From the NCBI GenBank assembly GCA_051530055.1, contig CM121342.1, forward strand, positions 778,797-842,796: a DNA stretch of 64,000 bases, read 5' to 3'. The notes under the pieces are model-generated. The model saw nothing but the letters and a program-made list of their open reading frames with translations. It made no database searches and had not been told where the DNA came from. Both the position numbers and the translations under genes were made by a program. This document shows positions 10,705-22,657 of this stretch, piece after piece. The DNA is from Neoechinorhynchus agilis. Its lineage: Eukaryota > Animalia > Acanthocephala. Position 1 is the stretch's first letter. Each line of letters opens with the position of its first letter.

Positions 10705-13108
10705 ATGGACCTTTACAGTCACTTTCCGTCATATATGCAGCGCCCGAACTTCATGAGAGCATACCCAGTAGGAATCGGAGCAACTCCACCTACCACTACT
10801 ACCACCACCATTTCAAAACGATACCCACTACCACCACTTCCACCAGGAGCCATTCTTCTCAGTGACGAAATAATCGATATGAACCAGGAATCGAGCCGTA
10901 ATAACCTTCCTAATGCACGTGATATGGTCTCACGCGAAATGACCAATCAGCTATCACAAGGACCTCCATTGAGCGTTTATAAACGGGAAGGAGACAGGAG
11001 TTTCTACGGATCAAAGTACCGCGAACGTCCTTCAAAAAGTCATGACAGATTGAAACGCCGTCATTATCGACAACCAATAAACCAAAGCAATAGTTTTGAC
11101 CGCCTTGACGGTCAGCAGGAAATTTTAGAAGGCACATCATACCCACCAGTGTATAAAAATGAAATTAGACAAGAGCCAGCAAAAGGTTCTACTAGCAGGA
11201 TCTACCAAAAATATCAAAGATCTTACAGTTCAAATTCTCTGTTAGATCGAAATAACACAGGAAAGGAGTCTCCATCGCGACTGTACTCAAGTGACGAGGT
11301 TCGGAGTGCGAGGAATGAGGAGAGAGAGGGCAAGAAAAATAAGAAAATACTTGTTCCTTGGGTAGATAACGATGAAAGCGATGCCGATCAATACGCCCAA
11401 GCAGTAGCAACTCAATATAGCTCAGCTGGTCTCAAGGTCCCGTTGACTGTTAGAGTAAAGGCAATGGAAGATACCGGGCATTCGTTCTTAAAAAGAAGAG
11501 CAATTCGACTAACTGATAATCTAATGTGCATTCCAGCGGTCGAACGTGTCATAGAAAAGCGATTTTATGTCCGGAAGGAAAAGAAGGTATGTTCGAGCGT
11601 TTTATTTGCTTCACCTCGTCCTCCATCAAGAATCGATCAACGGACACTACAAAAGATACAAATGTGCCCATCTCTCAACAATCAGGAGATCATCTTCCAA
11701 GAATTGAAGAGTTTGCGGAAGATACAAAGGCGAATAGTCCTACAAATATTAGCGGGATTTTATCGGAAATACGTAGTCTTAGAAATGATATTGCTCAACT
11801 TCAAATCAATCAGGCAGAGCTCTTGAGTGAAACGCGATCCATTCGTGAAGAGTCGATGAACAAGTTCGTTATGAGAGGTACCTGTGTATCCTACAATTCA
11901 TTACTTACTGACGTTGCGTTTTTACCAAGAATCACCGATGATTCGCCCGATGGAGGCATCCAGCAACAATCCAAATCAGCATAAGGCTTCCATTAATGCG
12001 CCAACTATTAATGTAGCTACTAATCAGATGCCTCCTCCACCCGGCTCAACGTTTCAATCCACATATACAACCTTGGAATCAAGGCAAAGTGCAGAATACG
12101 AGAATCTTAAAAACAGTCTTACAAACAAGAATCTGTTAAATCAACAGGTATTTAAGATTTTTCAAAGAACTCTACTTCCAGAAACTAGATTTATCCAACG
12201 TTACCGCCCGTTGGTCCATCAAAATATGATTCTCAAGCTTCTCGGATTATCAGGATCAGGCCACCTACGCAGAGTCAATCAATTCAACGTGAGCAATTTT
12301 GGTTTATTAGAATAGAAACCGGAACGTGAATTTTTATGATTTAGATATGAACACTGGAACAAATATGCCATCGCAACCGCCGCCGCCTCCTCCTCCGCCA
12401 CCACCACCGCTAATGTCGCAGCACGAGAGGCAATCCGGCGACTACACAACTCGAGGTCCAATTTCTTTTCTATCACAAGGTCCAGGTCCGATGAATCCAC
12501 CAAAAACAACTAATGAAACTCAATCACAGCAATTGCCAAATCCTAATATGAATCCAATGACTCAAGCAAGGAATATGAATTATGAGCTTCTTATGAAAGA
12601 GGCTTATGGGTTATCTGACAACACAGTTGAATCTGGAAATGCCAACATGGCGACGGAATCCCGCATGGCGTTCGACGAAAAAGAGATAGGATCACTTCAC
12701 ACAGACTGTGGGTTCGTCTTCTATCCCAAGCATATGATGGAGATCAACGGGCTTGAATACCTCCTAAACTCTCAGCAAGAATACACTGATTCAATGGACC
12801 ATCCACAGCAGCATTTCCAAGCTACTACGCACGATGCGAATGCTCTTTACTATTTGACTCATAGTATGGATCAGAGTAATTTGTTTAGCGAGGAAAACGG
12901 AAATGCTTTTACGCATGAGATTGACATGCCTCAATCGTCTATTGTGGAGGAAGTAGTCAACCAATATTGCTCGGATGAAATAGGTATGAAGCCCCCATTG
13001 AGTATGGCACAAGGTCAGAGTGTTCATGGGGAAGAAACTAAAGTGGATAGTAAGTCTGGGAATGTGCTTGACAATGCCAAATCAGTGCCATCCAAACTGT
13101 ACTGCTAA
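10705..13108 (+). CDS. Five-exon orphan Pro/Gln-rich protein with central coiled coil (~736 aa)
   Basis: Exons 10705-11586, 11631-11877, 11930-12147, 12189-12288, 12345-13108. GT-AG introns of 44, 52, 41 and 56 nt join three listed ORFs and one small exon in frame (2211 nt, divisible by 3). Confidence 0.75.
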
Positions 13109-13592
13109 TGTCCACTCAATTAATGTAGTTGGGATTAAGCGGTTATAAAGAATAAAGTGCTTTCACCTGATGCTATACAACCGATAAGAGAGATGTACCG
13201 GTCACATTTTCAAATAACTTGAATTCATCACATTTTGAATTAACACTTTTCAACGCTTAGTATCTTGCGTAAATTGATGCCAGATCTTTTCTCTGTTAAC
13301 ACAGCCGGAATACGTGGAGATTTAAGAATACAATAAGTTAGGAGTACGTTTTGAAAACAAAAATTTTCAAAGTTTATGAAAAAGTTCTGAAATCCAACAA
13401 TCTCATTTGTCGATTCAATAAATCATTGAAGGATCTTTGCTCTTAATTACGTTATGAAAATCTTCATCTAAAATATTTATCTGCCCTTGCGTCGGATCGC
13501 CAAATAAAAACCATTATGTCGCTGTAAACGTGAATAATCAATATGCTTCAATAATAATGCACAAATAAAATTCTCTCTATATCACGCATACA

Positions 13593-15071
13593 TCAAGCTT
13601 CGACTTTCTTTTTAATCTGTTTCAGTTCACTCGCTTCAGCTTCGTTTTTCTCCATTGCCCATGATTGAACCTCCGCTGTGCCTGTAAGAATGAAACACAA
13701 TCCTGACAGGAAGTAGCACACAGCGCAAATAGTAAAGACAATACGCCATTGGCTGACAAGACCGTCCTTCACGATAAGGCCAATAACCGTCGGACACAAG
13801 ACACCGGGCAGATTTCCGAATGTATTTGAGATACCCCAAATAATTCCAGCATACCGAGGAGCCATATCGTTCGCGCTGCAGTACATGCCACCACCGTTGT
13901 TGAATCCCGTAGTTGCCAGGACGAGCGTGAAAAGCAATGTTCCTGCCCAAGCTGTTTTGTGGGTGACGAAACCCGTCAGGAATATGAATATTCCCGGTAA
14001 GAAATTTCCAAGCCCAGTGAATACCTTCCTAGCCATCGTTCGGTCCATTTTTCCGGAATTAATAAGTTTGTCGCATAAAACCCCACAAATCAAGGTCATC
14101 ATCCAATAACAGATGTACGGAATCGCGCCAAGAAATCCACTTTTCTTAATGTTTAATTTGAGAACGTCTTTGCTATATGTGCTTATATTCGTCAAAATGG
14201 TATAAAATCCAACGGCTTTAAAGAAATGCGAAGCAAACATTCCCCAGCATGGAATCGATGTGAAAATCGCTCTGTAAGGTACTTTTGGAGCTGCTCGATT
14301 GCTGGACGCGAGAGGTTTATTCGCGCAAATGTAATCCTTCTCCTTATTAGAAATGAAATGATGATCTTCGGGTCTTGAACGAGCTAAAAGTGCCCACGCA
14401 ATAGTCCATATGATTCCGATAATCCCAGATACGTAGAATACCAACGGCCATCCACCTAGAAATGACTGCGCGCATAGATACCCCGAAAGTGGAAGAGCTA
14501 TAATTGTTCCAAGTTGAGCCCCAGAATTAAATATGGAAATTAATCTGCTTCGTTCCTGTTGGGGGGCCCAGTCACTCAATAGATTTAGCATTGCAGGCCA
14601 ATTGACACTCGCTAGGAACCCTAAGATGAATCGCACAATAAACATAACGACCGGACTCATTTTTGCTGATAAAGGAGTCAATAAAGTGCACAGGGAACTT
14701 CCAGCTACGGATATGATTAGAACTCGTTGTGGTCCGAGTTTGTAAGCCAAGACACCTCCAATTGCTTGAGTTAATAAGTATCCATAAAAGTAAGACGCCA
14801 AGATGTTTCCCTGAGTTTTTCTGTCCCAATGTACAACGTCACGTTTGAGCAGGTGAGAATTCATTGTCTGATTCACAGTTGCTCGAATTTCCAAAGATGC
14901 ATTGACTGTTTCTGAATCAGTCATACTTACGATTGCTTGAGTGAGATTGACCCTTTGAAGATAATTGACCACTAGGCATAGACAGGCGAGGATGGCTATT
15001 AGCAGTCGGGTTGAGCAAAATAACTGCGCGGTCGTATTCGAATTCTCCGAACCCATTTTATTGTCGTGCAT
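13593..15071 (-). CDS. SLC17-family (sialin-like) MFS anion transporter, paralogue 1
   Basis: 492 aa intronless, about 12 TM segments. Motifs YLQRVNL..AIV.M, W....QG.IL.SYFYGY, W.P..ERSRL, GWP..FY..G, D.APRYAG...GISNT. Confidence 0.93.
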   Translation of the reverse strand: MHDNKMGSENSNTTAQLFCSTRLLIAILACLCLVVNYLQRVNLTQAIVSMTDSETVNASLEIRATVNQTMNSHLLKRDVVHWDRKTQGNILASYFYGYLLTQAIGGVLAYKLGPQRVLIISVAGSSLCTLLTPLSAKMSPVVMFIVRFILGFLASVNWPAMLNLLSDWAPQQERSRLISIFNSGAQLGTIIALPLSGYLCAQSFLGGWPLVFYVSGIIGIIWTIAWALLARSRPEDHHFISNKEKDYICANKPLASSNRAAPKVPYRAIFTSIPCWGMFASHFFKAVGFYTILTNISTYSKDVLKLNIKKSGFLGAIPYICYWMMTLICGVLCDKLINSGKMDRTMARKVFTGLGNFLPGIFIFLTGFVTHKTAWAGTLLFTLVLATTGFNNGGGMYCSANDMAPRYAGIIWGISNTFGNLPGVLCPTVIGLIVKDGLVSQWRIVFTICAVCYFLSGLCFILTGTAEVQSWAMEKNEAEASELKQIKKKVEA

Positions 15072-16810
15072 CTTGTTTTAGTTCTTTCTATAAAAGTGCG
15101 AACTTACTTTTAAAACAAATTCGCGTAAGAATAAAGCAGGTGAGTAAGTTGAAAATTTCGGTTAGGTAGATGTTGTTCTCAAGCCCAGTACAATGTCGCC
15201 GTGCATAGTTAGACGTCGCACTTTTTAACTTTGAGAATCAGCGCAAACCAGCCGGTTGGACAAAATAATACCTAAGTACATTACTTCCTTATCATTTAAA
15301 AGCCTTCAGTTGAAATTTATTACTTAATGCTTTGATTATCTTCGACCACGATTAATTTTTGCCAATGTCCATATGTCCCATATATAAGCCAAAGTTGAGA
15401 TAAGAAATTTAGATTGACGGGTAAAAAGTCTAGACGTAGGTCACGGGGATAATTTGAACTTTATGTAGCTTGTACACCTTCAAAAATCTTAAAAAGTGCA
15501 TAGAAGCTAGGTGAGGTAGACCCTATATATTATTCATTTCGAGTAATCAGTGTAAGTCAAGGAAAAAACTTTGATAAAAGCGCAGATTTAATGATTGCCG
15601 GAAATGGAATGCAAGAAAATGCAGTATTGGGAATATTAGAAAGGTTAAAGGACCCGTCAAATGTACACGTTAAGAATAACAAAACATAAACAAAAAAGGT
15701 TGATATCATGCCTCATTCAGCAATGATCATTTTGACGGCTCTATTGCTATACTTTCATAATAGTTTGAATGTTTCCCTTGTCAGTTCTTAATCTAAAACA
15801 TAATCATTGTACAATCATTTCTTTTCAATGTTAGCAAAATAAAGAAAAATGCTCTCTATTCATCTGGAATTTATATCCATCCGGCGGAATGCTTCTATCT
15901 AGAAAAATACAACATAAATCGCACACTGTTCGATATCGTGCATTTTCCAGCAATGGTCCAATTGACCGCTCTAATGTTCAACTGACGTCTACTAGGAAAA
16001 TATGTTAGAAATTTAAAATGGGTACGAATACATGCAGTTCTGTTATCAAGAATTTGGCTTACTACACAAAAATCTTATACAGCGACATGGTGTATAATAA
16101 TCTAAATTTTTCTGAAGGATTGGAAACTTTAACATGGAAAAGTCTTTTCCCTAACAACTACAAAGACGTTTCTAATTTTGACGAATATTCAAATTGTAAC
16201 AGGAAGAGGACTCAGCTATTTTTGTATTTCAACTGATGAAATTCGATTGCATTGTTTGTCAGGAACCTTATTTTACCAATAGATATAAGCAATTGTATCC
16301 ATAACTCGATGCCGTGATAGTCCGAGAAGATTTCAAATTTAAAATTAAACCGATGACGCAAATCGCAACTAAAAACAAGGGTCAAGAGTTTTTAATTTTC
16401 TCCTCTATACTCAATATGGGATTGCGAATTCCATACAGCCTGGAATCAGCTGTGAAATTTTAAGTTGAAATAAATAATAATATGTTGGGCGCAGAGAAAT
16501 TTGATTTAAGTGATTGCGATCAATTGATTGTAAATGTTACTAAAAAGCATCTCTTTTGCGGTTATTTTTACAAGATGCAATTTACAAGAAAAGACAAGAA
16601 CTTATTCTGGAGACAATCTTTTTGAGAAGATCACAATGTAATATCGAGGCAGCAAAATATTCTAAAAACAGTACATCGTCGCAGCGTACTGAGGGGAAGT
16701 GGAATTGATGCATTGTTTAGATCTTCACTCAGTAAGTAATTTTTGGTACTTAGGTATTATATCGACTACCGCTACACAAAAGCAAGGCACAAACTGGGGA
16801 TTTTTTTATT

Positions 16811-16848
16811 AAAGACGTTTCGAACCTCGTCGGATTCATCACCAGTTC
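16811..16848 (-). ncRNA. Minimal type-I hammerhead ribozyme motif, family C (core A6G variant)
   Basis: GAA-CTGGTGA-T-GAATC-CGACGA-GGTTC-GAAA-CG-TC-TTT: 5-bp stem II, GUC triplet, palindromic ACGT in place of stem III. Confidence 0.65.
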
Positions 16849-17490
16849 TAAAAACGAGAGACGAAATGGCTATTCTGCTCTTACACGCGCTTGTGGTTGA
16901 TTGTGTTGTTCCACTTTTAGCCATGAAGGCAGAGTTTGTAACCTCGTCGATCATTCATATCCGGGTTCTGCTCTTTGTTTAAGAAGACGCGTTCACTTGC
17001 AAAAACCATTGTTTGGTCGTAATTGACCACTGGCCCGGTTGTACCACCACCTTCAGCGTCTTGGAACGTTTATGCTCTGCCAATCTCGTCTTGAGATTCC
17101 GGCCCGTTTGCCCGATGTAATTGCTGTTCCATTGGCAATTAAGAATATCTTTGGCATATCCCAAATTGCTGAAAATTCGTTTCAACTGTTGGATTTTGTC
17201 ACTGAGGCATTCCTCACTACAGAAAGATTTGAATATACCAACTTTTGTGCTCTTATTATGGGTACTGTTCCAAAGTATACAATTATTTCTTTCAGTTGGC
17301 TATCTGTAGACCGATGTATTAATTCGTGTTTCATTTTTTGATTCAATACATCTAGAAACGACAACCTTCCATTTTCATCGGACCTATTCATAGTCGAATT
17401 TTTTCGCAACCACCTAGTGTTGCGGGGTGGAGGGAGGCATACGGCCACCCACAAAGCTTCAAATAGACATTGTCGAGGATGCAAATCCTC
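16811..17490 (-). mobile_element. Penelope-like element remnant (RT thumb, GIY-YIG, 3' HHR, AATAAA/polyA)
   Basis: DENGRLSFLDV (PLE RT), C...YIGQTGRNLKTRLAEHKR (GIY-YIG), and an HHR-like motif just before aataaaaaaa. Confidence 0.85.
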
Positions 17491-17564
17491 AACAAAGTAT
17501 ACCGTTGAAAATAAAATCCATATGTTTGAGATATGGGAATTTGAAGTAAAGAATTAATTTATTG

Positions 17565-17606
17565 AATTGAATATTTCGATCCAAACTAGGATCTTCTTCA
17601 GCAATT
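17565..17606 (-). ncRNA. Minimal type-I hammerhead ribozyme motif, family B
   Basis: AATTG-CTGAAGA-A-GATCC-TAGTTT-GGATC-GAAA-TA-TT-CAATT: intact core, 5-bp stems I and II. Confidence 0.8.
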
Positions 17607-17629
17607 TGCTTGTAAGTTTTTAAATATTC

Positions 17630-17669
17630 GTTGCTGAAGAAGATCCTAGTTTGGATCGAAATATTCAAT
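17630..17669 (+). ncRNA. Minimal type-I hammerhead ribozyme motif, family B (mirror copy)
   Basis: GTTG-CTGAAGA-A-GATCC-TAGTTT-GGATC-GAAA-TA-TT-CAAT. Confidence 0.75.
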
Positions 17670-17671
17670 TC

Positions 17672-17901
17672 GCTCAAGGATCTCTCGAAGAAATTGAGAG
17701 AGGCAACCGGAGACTCAAGAGCAGGCTTATTTCTTCGACAAAATATCTCGCTGGCAGTACAACGGGGCAATGCTGCCAGCGTGATGGCGACGGTCGAGGA
17801 AGGACAAAAGCTGGAATTTGGTGGGAGGTGGTGAATGTAAAGAAAAGTAACCCAATTAGTAAATGGCGTAAAAAATAAACACGAGGAATACGTGGAAAAA
17901 A
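17672..17901 (+). mobile_element. CRE-clade 3' fragment (subfamily A) with short A tail
   Basis: LKDLSKKLREATGDSRAGLFLRQNISLAVQRGNAASVMATV. Splits the palindrome arm exactly. Confidence 0.88.
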
Positions 17902-18049
17902 AATAAATTAATTCTTTACTTCAAATTCCCATATCTCAAACACAAAGTATACCTTCGGCTGGATCCGGTAGCGTAGTCCGTTACATTGATCTGTCGATTA
18001 AAAAACAAAATTATGTCTGCAAGATGACGGCGATATAAGTATCAACAAA

Positions 18050-21000
18050 GGAATCTACTTTGTCGAGATTTCTCAAACCATGGCTTGATACGAAGAAGGA
18101 AGATAATATTGCTAGAATCCAATGAACCTCCTTCTGGAACGGAACCCTAAAAATGGTCTTTGTTAATAAAGAATATATGGACGACTATTCGTCATTTGTC
18201 AAAAATCACAATGACGGAAAGCACTATTCGCTACAGGTGCTCACGAATCGTTCGACCTTCATTGCTCATAATATCGGTTGTTTGACGTCCAAGGAAAGTA
18301 TCAAAGAATTCGAGGATAAGTTTCATGTCAAATTCAAATTCCATTTCAAATCCAAAAAAAAACAGGCAAACCTATTCCTGTAGGTGTCGTAGAAGCTGAT
18401 GTGGATCAAGTACAAGCGATATGCGCAAAACGATGGATTTTCCAATGTATGGAAATTTCCTTCTCCAAAGACACAGCAACCGAAGCAAATTATACTTTTC
18501 CGCAATGCAACATCTGTCTACAATGGGGTCATTGGTGCCGGAATTGTCCCAGCAAAATTCAAAAATGCTGCTTCTGCCCAGAACTCTATCATATGCCAGT
18601 CTGCAACAACAAGATTGTCAAGTGCGGAAATTGTGGTGGTCCTCATAGGAGTTATTTTAAAGGATGCCGCTGCTTCAAGTAATATGTAAACGCTTGTAGA
18701 GCGGGTACATCTGGTGCTAGCAACAAAAACTAGATTCCTACGATGGTATCTAAAACCGTGGTCCAGGAGACTCCTAAGGCCGCTGCTGATAACGGTCGAA
18801 GCATCTTGAATGAGAATATAATATGTCAGAGAATCTTTGAGAAAGTATTGGAGGAAGTGTCGCACCGAATAACAATGCTCTTCAATAATATGCAGAACCA
18901 ACTAGCTGAACATATTCACAAGCTACTTACCTTGATACAACCAGCAACGCCCAACCAGTTCGCTTCAGTCTCGGATTGCAACCCGAACAATGGTGTCAAG
19001 ATGGTCTCTGCACAACCTAAAGGTAAGCGGGGTTTGCCAAAGGCCGTGACAAAGTGAACAAGAAAGCTCCACGCAGTGCTGCTAATGATGCCTCAGCCAG
19101 TAGAATCATTACTAGCGATTCTGATGCACTCATGGAGCCCATCTCCATCGAATGATGCCCAGTGGGACCTCTCCAGCACCCCTAAATCTTCACTGCCTTC
19201 AGTGGAACTCCGGTGGAGCCGCGGCTCTTAATAGACTTAATTTTTTCAATCACATTAACCAGGATTTTATTTGCCTCCAAGAAGTAAAGAAAGCAGCCTT
19301 CGAATTCAATAATTTATTACCTACCTCAGTTCTGATGAAATACGACCCGTTAAACCCTCATTCCTCTGGCCTATTGTCTCTATTCAAGAAAGAGTTATGC
19401 GTCTCTCTAGTTCAAAGTTACGTAAATGAGAACTTATCTTTCGCTCTATTCGAGATGAAAGGAAAAGCTGGAGGAAACTTTTTAATAGGAAATATGTATG
19501 TTCGCCCTAATTTTATCCATAAATCCACAACCAAGGACATTCTTCAACACATTCTTGGCATTGGGAACGTTCTCTTGTTCGGGGAAATTAATGATCTGTC
19601 CAGAAAATGGACCCGGGCTGTGGCCAATCGTGATGGCGCACACAAATTCATCTGTCTTATTCAACCTACTTTTGACAGGCTCCATAACAATTCTCATTCC
19701 TTCTTGGATGGTTGTTTCGCCCCATTGGATCGACGCGTGACAATATCCCTCGCCAAACAGACGTCGATTGCGGAAATTTGCTTACATGATATGTTGACAT
19801 GGAATATTACGGACGACCTGTCGTTATCCCGAAAATATCGCTTCTCTCCCCTGAATGTAGCCTTCTTCAATTTCGCAATCAAGAGTACAATGCCGAATTA
19901 TAGTACCCTTCCGGCGTGGAATCATCTAATTTCTAAAATGTCCAATATATTTTTGTCATTGCCTAATTATTCTGTAGCTGGTAGGGTAACCTCAAATTAT
20001 TTGCGATATTGTGCGGCTCAAGCAAAGAAAGCTATTGTTTTACAGGACGACACGTCTAAGCGTATTTGGACGCGAAAATACTGGGCTTTCAATTATAGGC
20101 TTCATTTAGCTGTTCATCAGCGGATAATTAAGCGTCTTTCATCTTCCACTAAATCTTTCTGGCGCATTCTACTCCTCAAACTGTCTTTTTTTTCTTCGAG
20201 GGTAGGTCGGTCATTTCGGCCGTTAGGGATATCTATTCTTCTCTTTCCCACAACCCATGCAAATACAGCCGCCTATGACAATATCAACCTGCAGTTTCTG
20301 CTGAGTTATATGTCTTTTCTCAATTTTCCTAACGATATTCTTGCCCACCTGTGGGATATACTTAGCTCAAAATCCTTTTACTTCGAGGACGACACGGACG
20401 GCAAAGTTTTCTTCCCAACTAAAGGTCTCCCTCAGGGTTCACCGCTATCGCCAATACTATTCCTCATTGCGATGCAATTCATCTCATGCTATTCAATAAA
20501 TGGGGTGAAAACGATTATCTACGCAGACGATATTAGCACGGTTCTTTCCACCGATAACTCCTGGGAACTCCCGGTGTTAATGAGAGACCTCGTATCTTTT
20601 ATTAATCGGCAACCAAACTTAATGGGCCTAAGCTTCAATAGCAATAAAACAAACATTATGGCCGTGGCTGGTAGCCCTTATTTTACCGGGGAACAAATCC
20701 TACTAATTGTAGACGTAGATTCAAATACCAAAAAATTCAAACGAATTAAGATTTTAGGACATAATTTTAATGCAAGGTTGAATCAGAAATTTGACCTGAC
20801 ACATTTTAATAAAATTCTCAAATAACAAAACGTTTTTATGTTAGAGCAAGTAAGCTGAAACTAACGGACAAAAAAGCGTTCAAATTTGGAAAACATGGGC
20901 CATCTCTGGCCTTACGATTTTTAGTCGCGGTAGACCTCCGGATCGACGTCTTATTTTTGGAGAGGTTCTGCGAAAAAATGCACTATTCATCAAGCAGCCA

Positions 21001-21100
21001 GATATTGACTCCTTGAAACATAATCCATGCAGATGGATGTTCGAAATGCATGATTGCACAACTTATGTTATGGCCATCTGACACTTTCCTGTTCGTACGT
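18050..21100 (+). mobile_element. Decayed I/Jockey/R1-type LINE (gag ORF1 plus APE-RT ORF2)
   Basis: Cys/His zinc knuckles QCNICLQWGHWCRNC and KCGNCGGPH. APE motifs LQWN and DFICLQE. RT motifs GLPQGSPLSPILF and YADD. The APE-RT linker looks deleted or garbled. Confidence 0.85.
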
Positions 21101-21132
21101 ATGATCAAATAAAATTGTTATTTATAAAATTG

Positions 21133-21600
21133 TTATTTATTCATAGTGAATTTGATTCGATTATGTCGGCGGTTGAGATATTCTATGAACTCATTAGCAC
21201 TCTGTTCATCACCGGGATAAATCACGAATATATCATCTACGTATCTTTTGTAGAAAAAAGGTTTAATCGCACAAGATTCCATTGCACTTTTTTCCAAATG
21301 ATCCATAAAGAGATTGGTCAGCACTAGGGCAATAGGCGAACCCATGGTTACAACCCCACGTCGGTTAATTTTCTGAAGAACCGGAAGGAGGTGTTGGGTC
21401 GCCGCATTTATGGCATCCTCAATGCAGACACTGTTATAGAGGGAAACAATATCCATTGTACAAATCGTACATTTTTCCGAGATATTGATCTCTCTCGGTT
21501 TCTCGACGAATTCCAAATTCGTCACACTGTTAGCTACTTGTGATGTTGCCTCTGTCAAGCACTTTACTATGAACTTTCCCAAATCGTAACCGAAACTGCC
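21133..21600 (-). mobile_element. Penelope-like RT remnant
   Basis: MGSPIALVLTNLFMDHLE...KRYVDDIF...EFIEYLN...IKFT. Confidence 0.85.
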
Positions 21601-22657
21601 ATTCTTTGTTTACTTATATACCTCCTGGCTTAGCCATCCCCTCTCTTTGCCCTGCTTGACAGAGAAAAATTGACCTTTAGCCTATGTCTAAGGAATATTG
21701 GGCATTAGTTATCGATTAAAACTGGAGCTGATACTAAAATTCGCCTAAAAGTTAAACATTATTTTATTTCAATTAATATTAAAGAGTTATGCGATATTAA
21801 TATTTCCAAAAATTACTTTACCAAAAAATATGATGAAGGAAATCAAATTTTTATCCGATCTACGTTTTATTTCGATACAAAATACTCTCACCTAAATCAT
21901 GAAAAAAATCTTAGTAGCAGACCACTAATATTTATATAGAAATGCCGCAAAATTCCACCTGATGTTAATGGATTTACGGAAGGAAGCGGAGTACATTATC
22001 TCCTCAGCAGTTTTAATTATCTCAATAAATTGTATCAAGTAAGGCAGTTGTTTCGCTATATATATAAAAGAGGCGTTTGACATTGTAGATAAAGGAGTTA
22101 TTTAAAAACAACTGAGTCATCTTAAAGTACCGAAAAACATTATAGACAAAATAATGGCTCTGTCTGAAGCTAAATCATGTTTTATTGATTTGGAATTAAC
22201 ACTTTTTTGGGTATATTCGTCGATGGTGAAATCTAAGGATTGTTTTTGTAATTCGCAAAGCGCTTGAAATACACAAATATGCAAACAATCTATTAGGAGC
22301 AAATAAGCGGAATGCAGTTTAAATACTTGTAAACCTCCTAAAGCCTTCTGGAAACTATCGTTGATCTTGCGAAACCCAATTGATGTTCAATCTTACTGCC
22401 TCGTGGTAGTAAATCGACCAAGCTGGAATGTAGACCGCAATCAAATTAGGAGTTTGCCCCTTTTAAGTCAGGCCAATTTTTGTGCACTAATTGACCTACA
22501 TTAATAGAATGAGGCTTCTTTTGACCTTACATATTATTATAATTCGTCTATCTCGATCACAAAAATTTGTAATCCTTGCTCAGGAAACATATAGATCATA
22601 CTAAAGACCCCTTTTATTTATCGGTCACATGATATAAATCTACCTTTCACGCTATTA

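Larger units (their letters stand above)
17492..17953. mobile_element. Palindromic HHR element (family B) with 12-bp flanking direct repeat, interrupted by a CRE fragment
   Basis: Left arm 17524-17604 matches right arm 17631-17671 plus 17902-17941. acaaagtatacc occurs at 17492-17503 and 17942-17953. Confidence 0.8.

Noticed and set aside
16230-16450. APE-like motif DCIVCQEP
   Set aside because: Probably another LINE relic, but too short and degraded to delimit as a feature.
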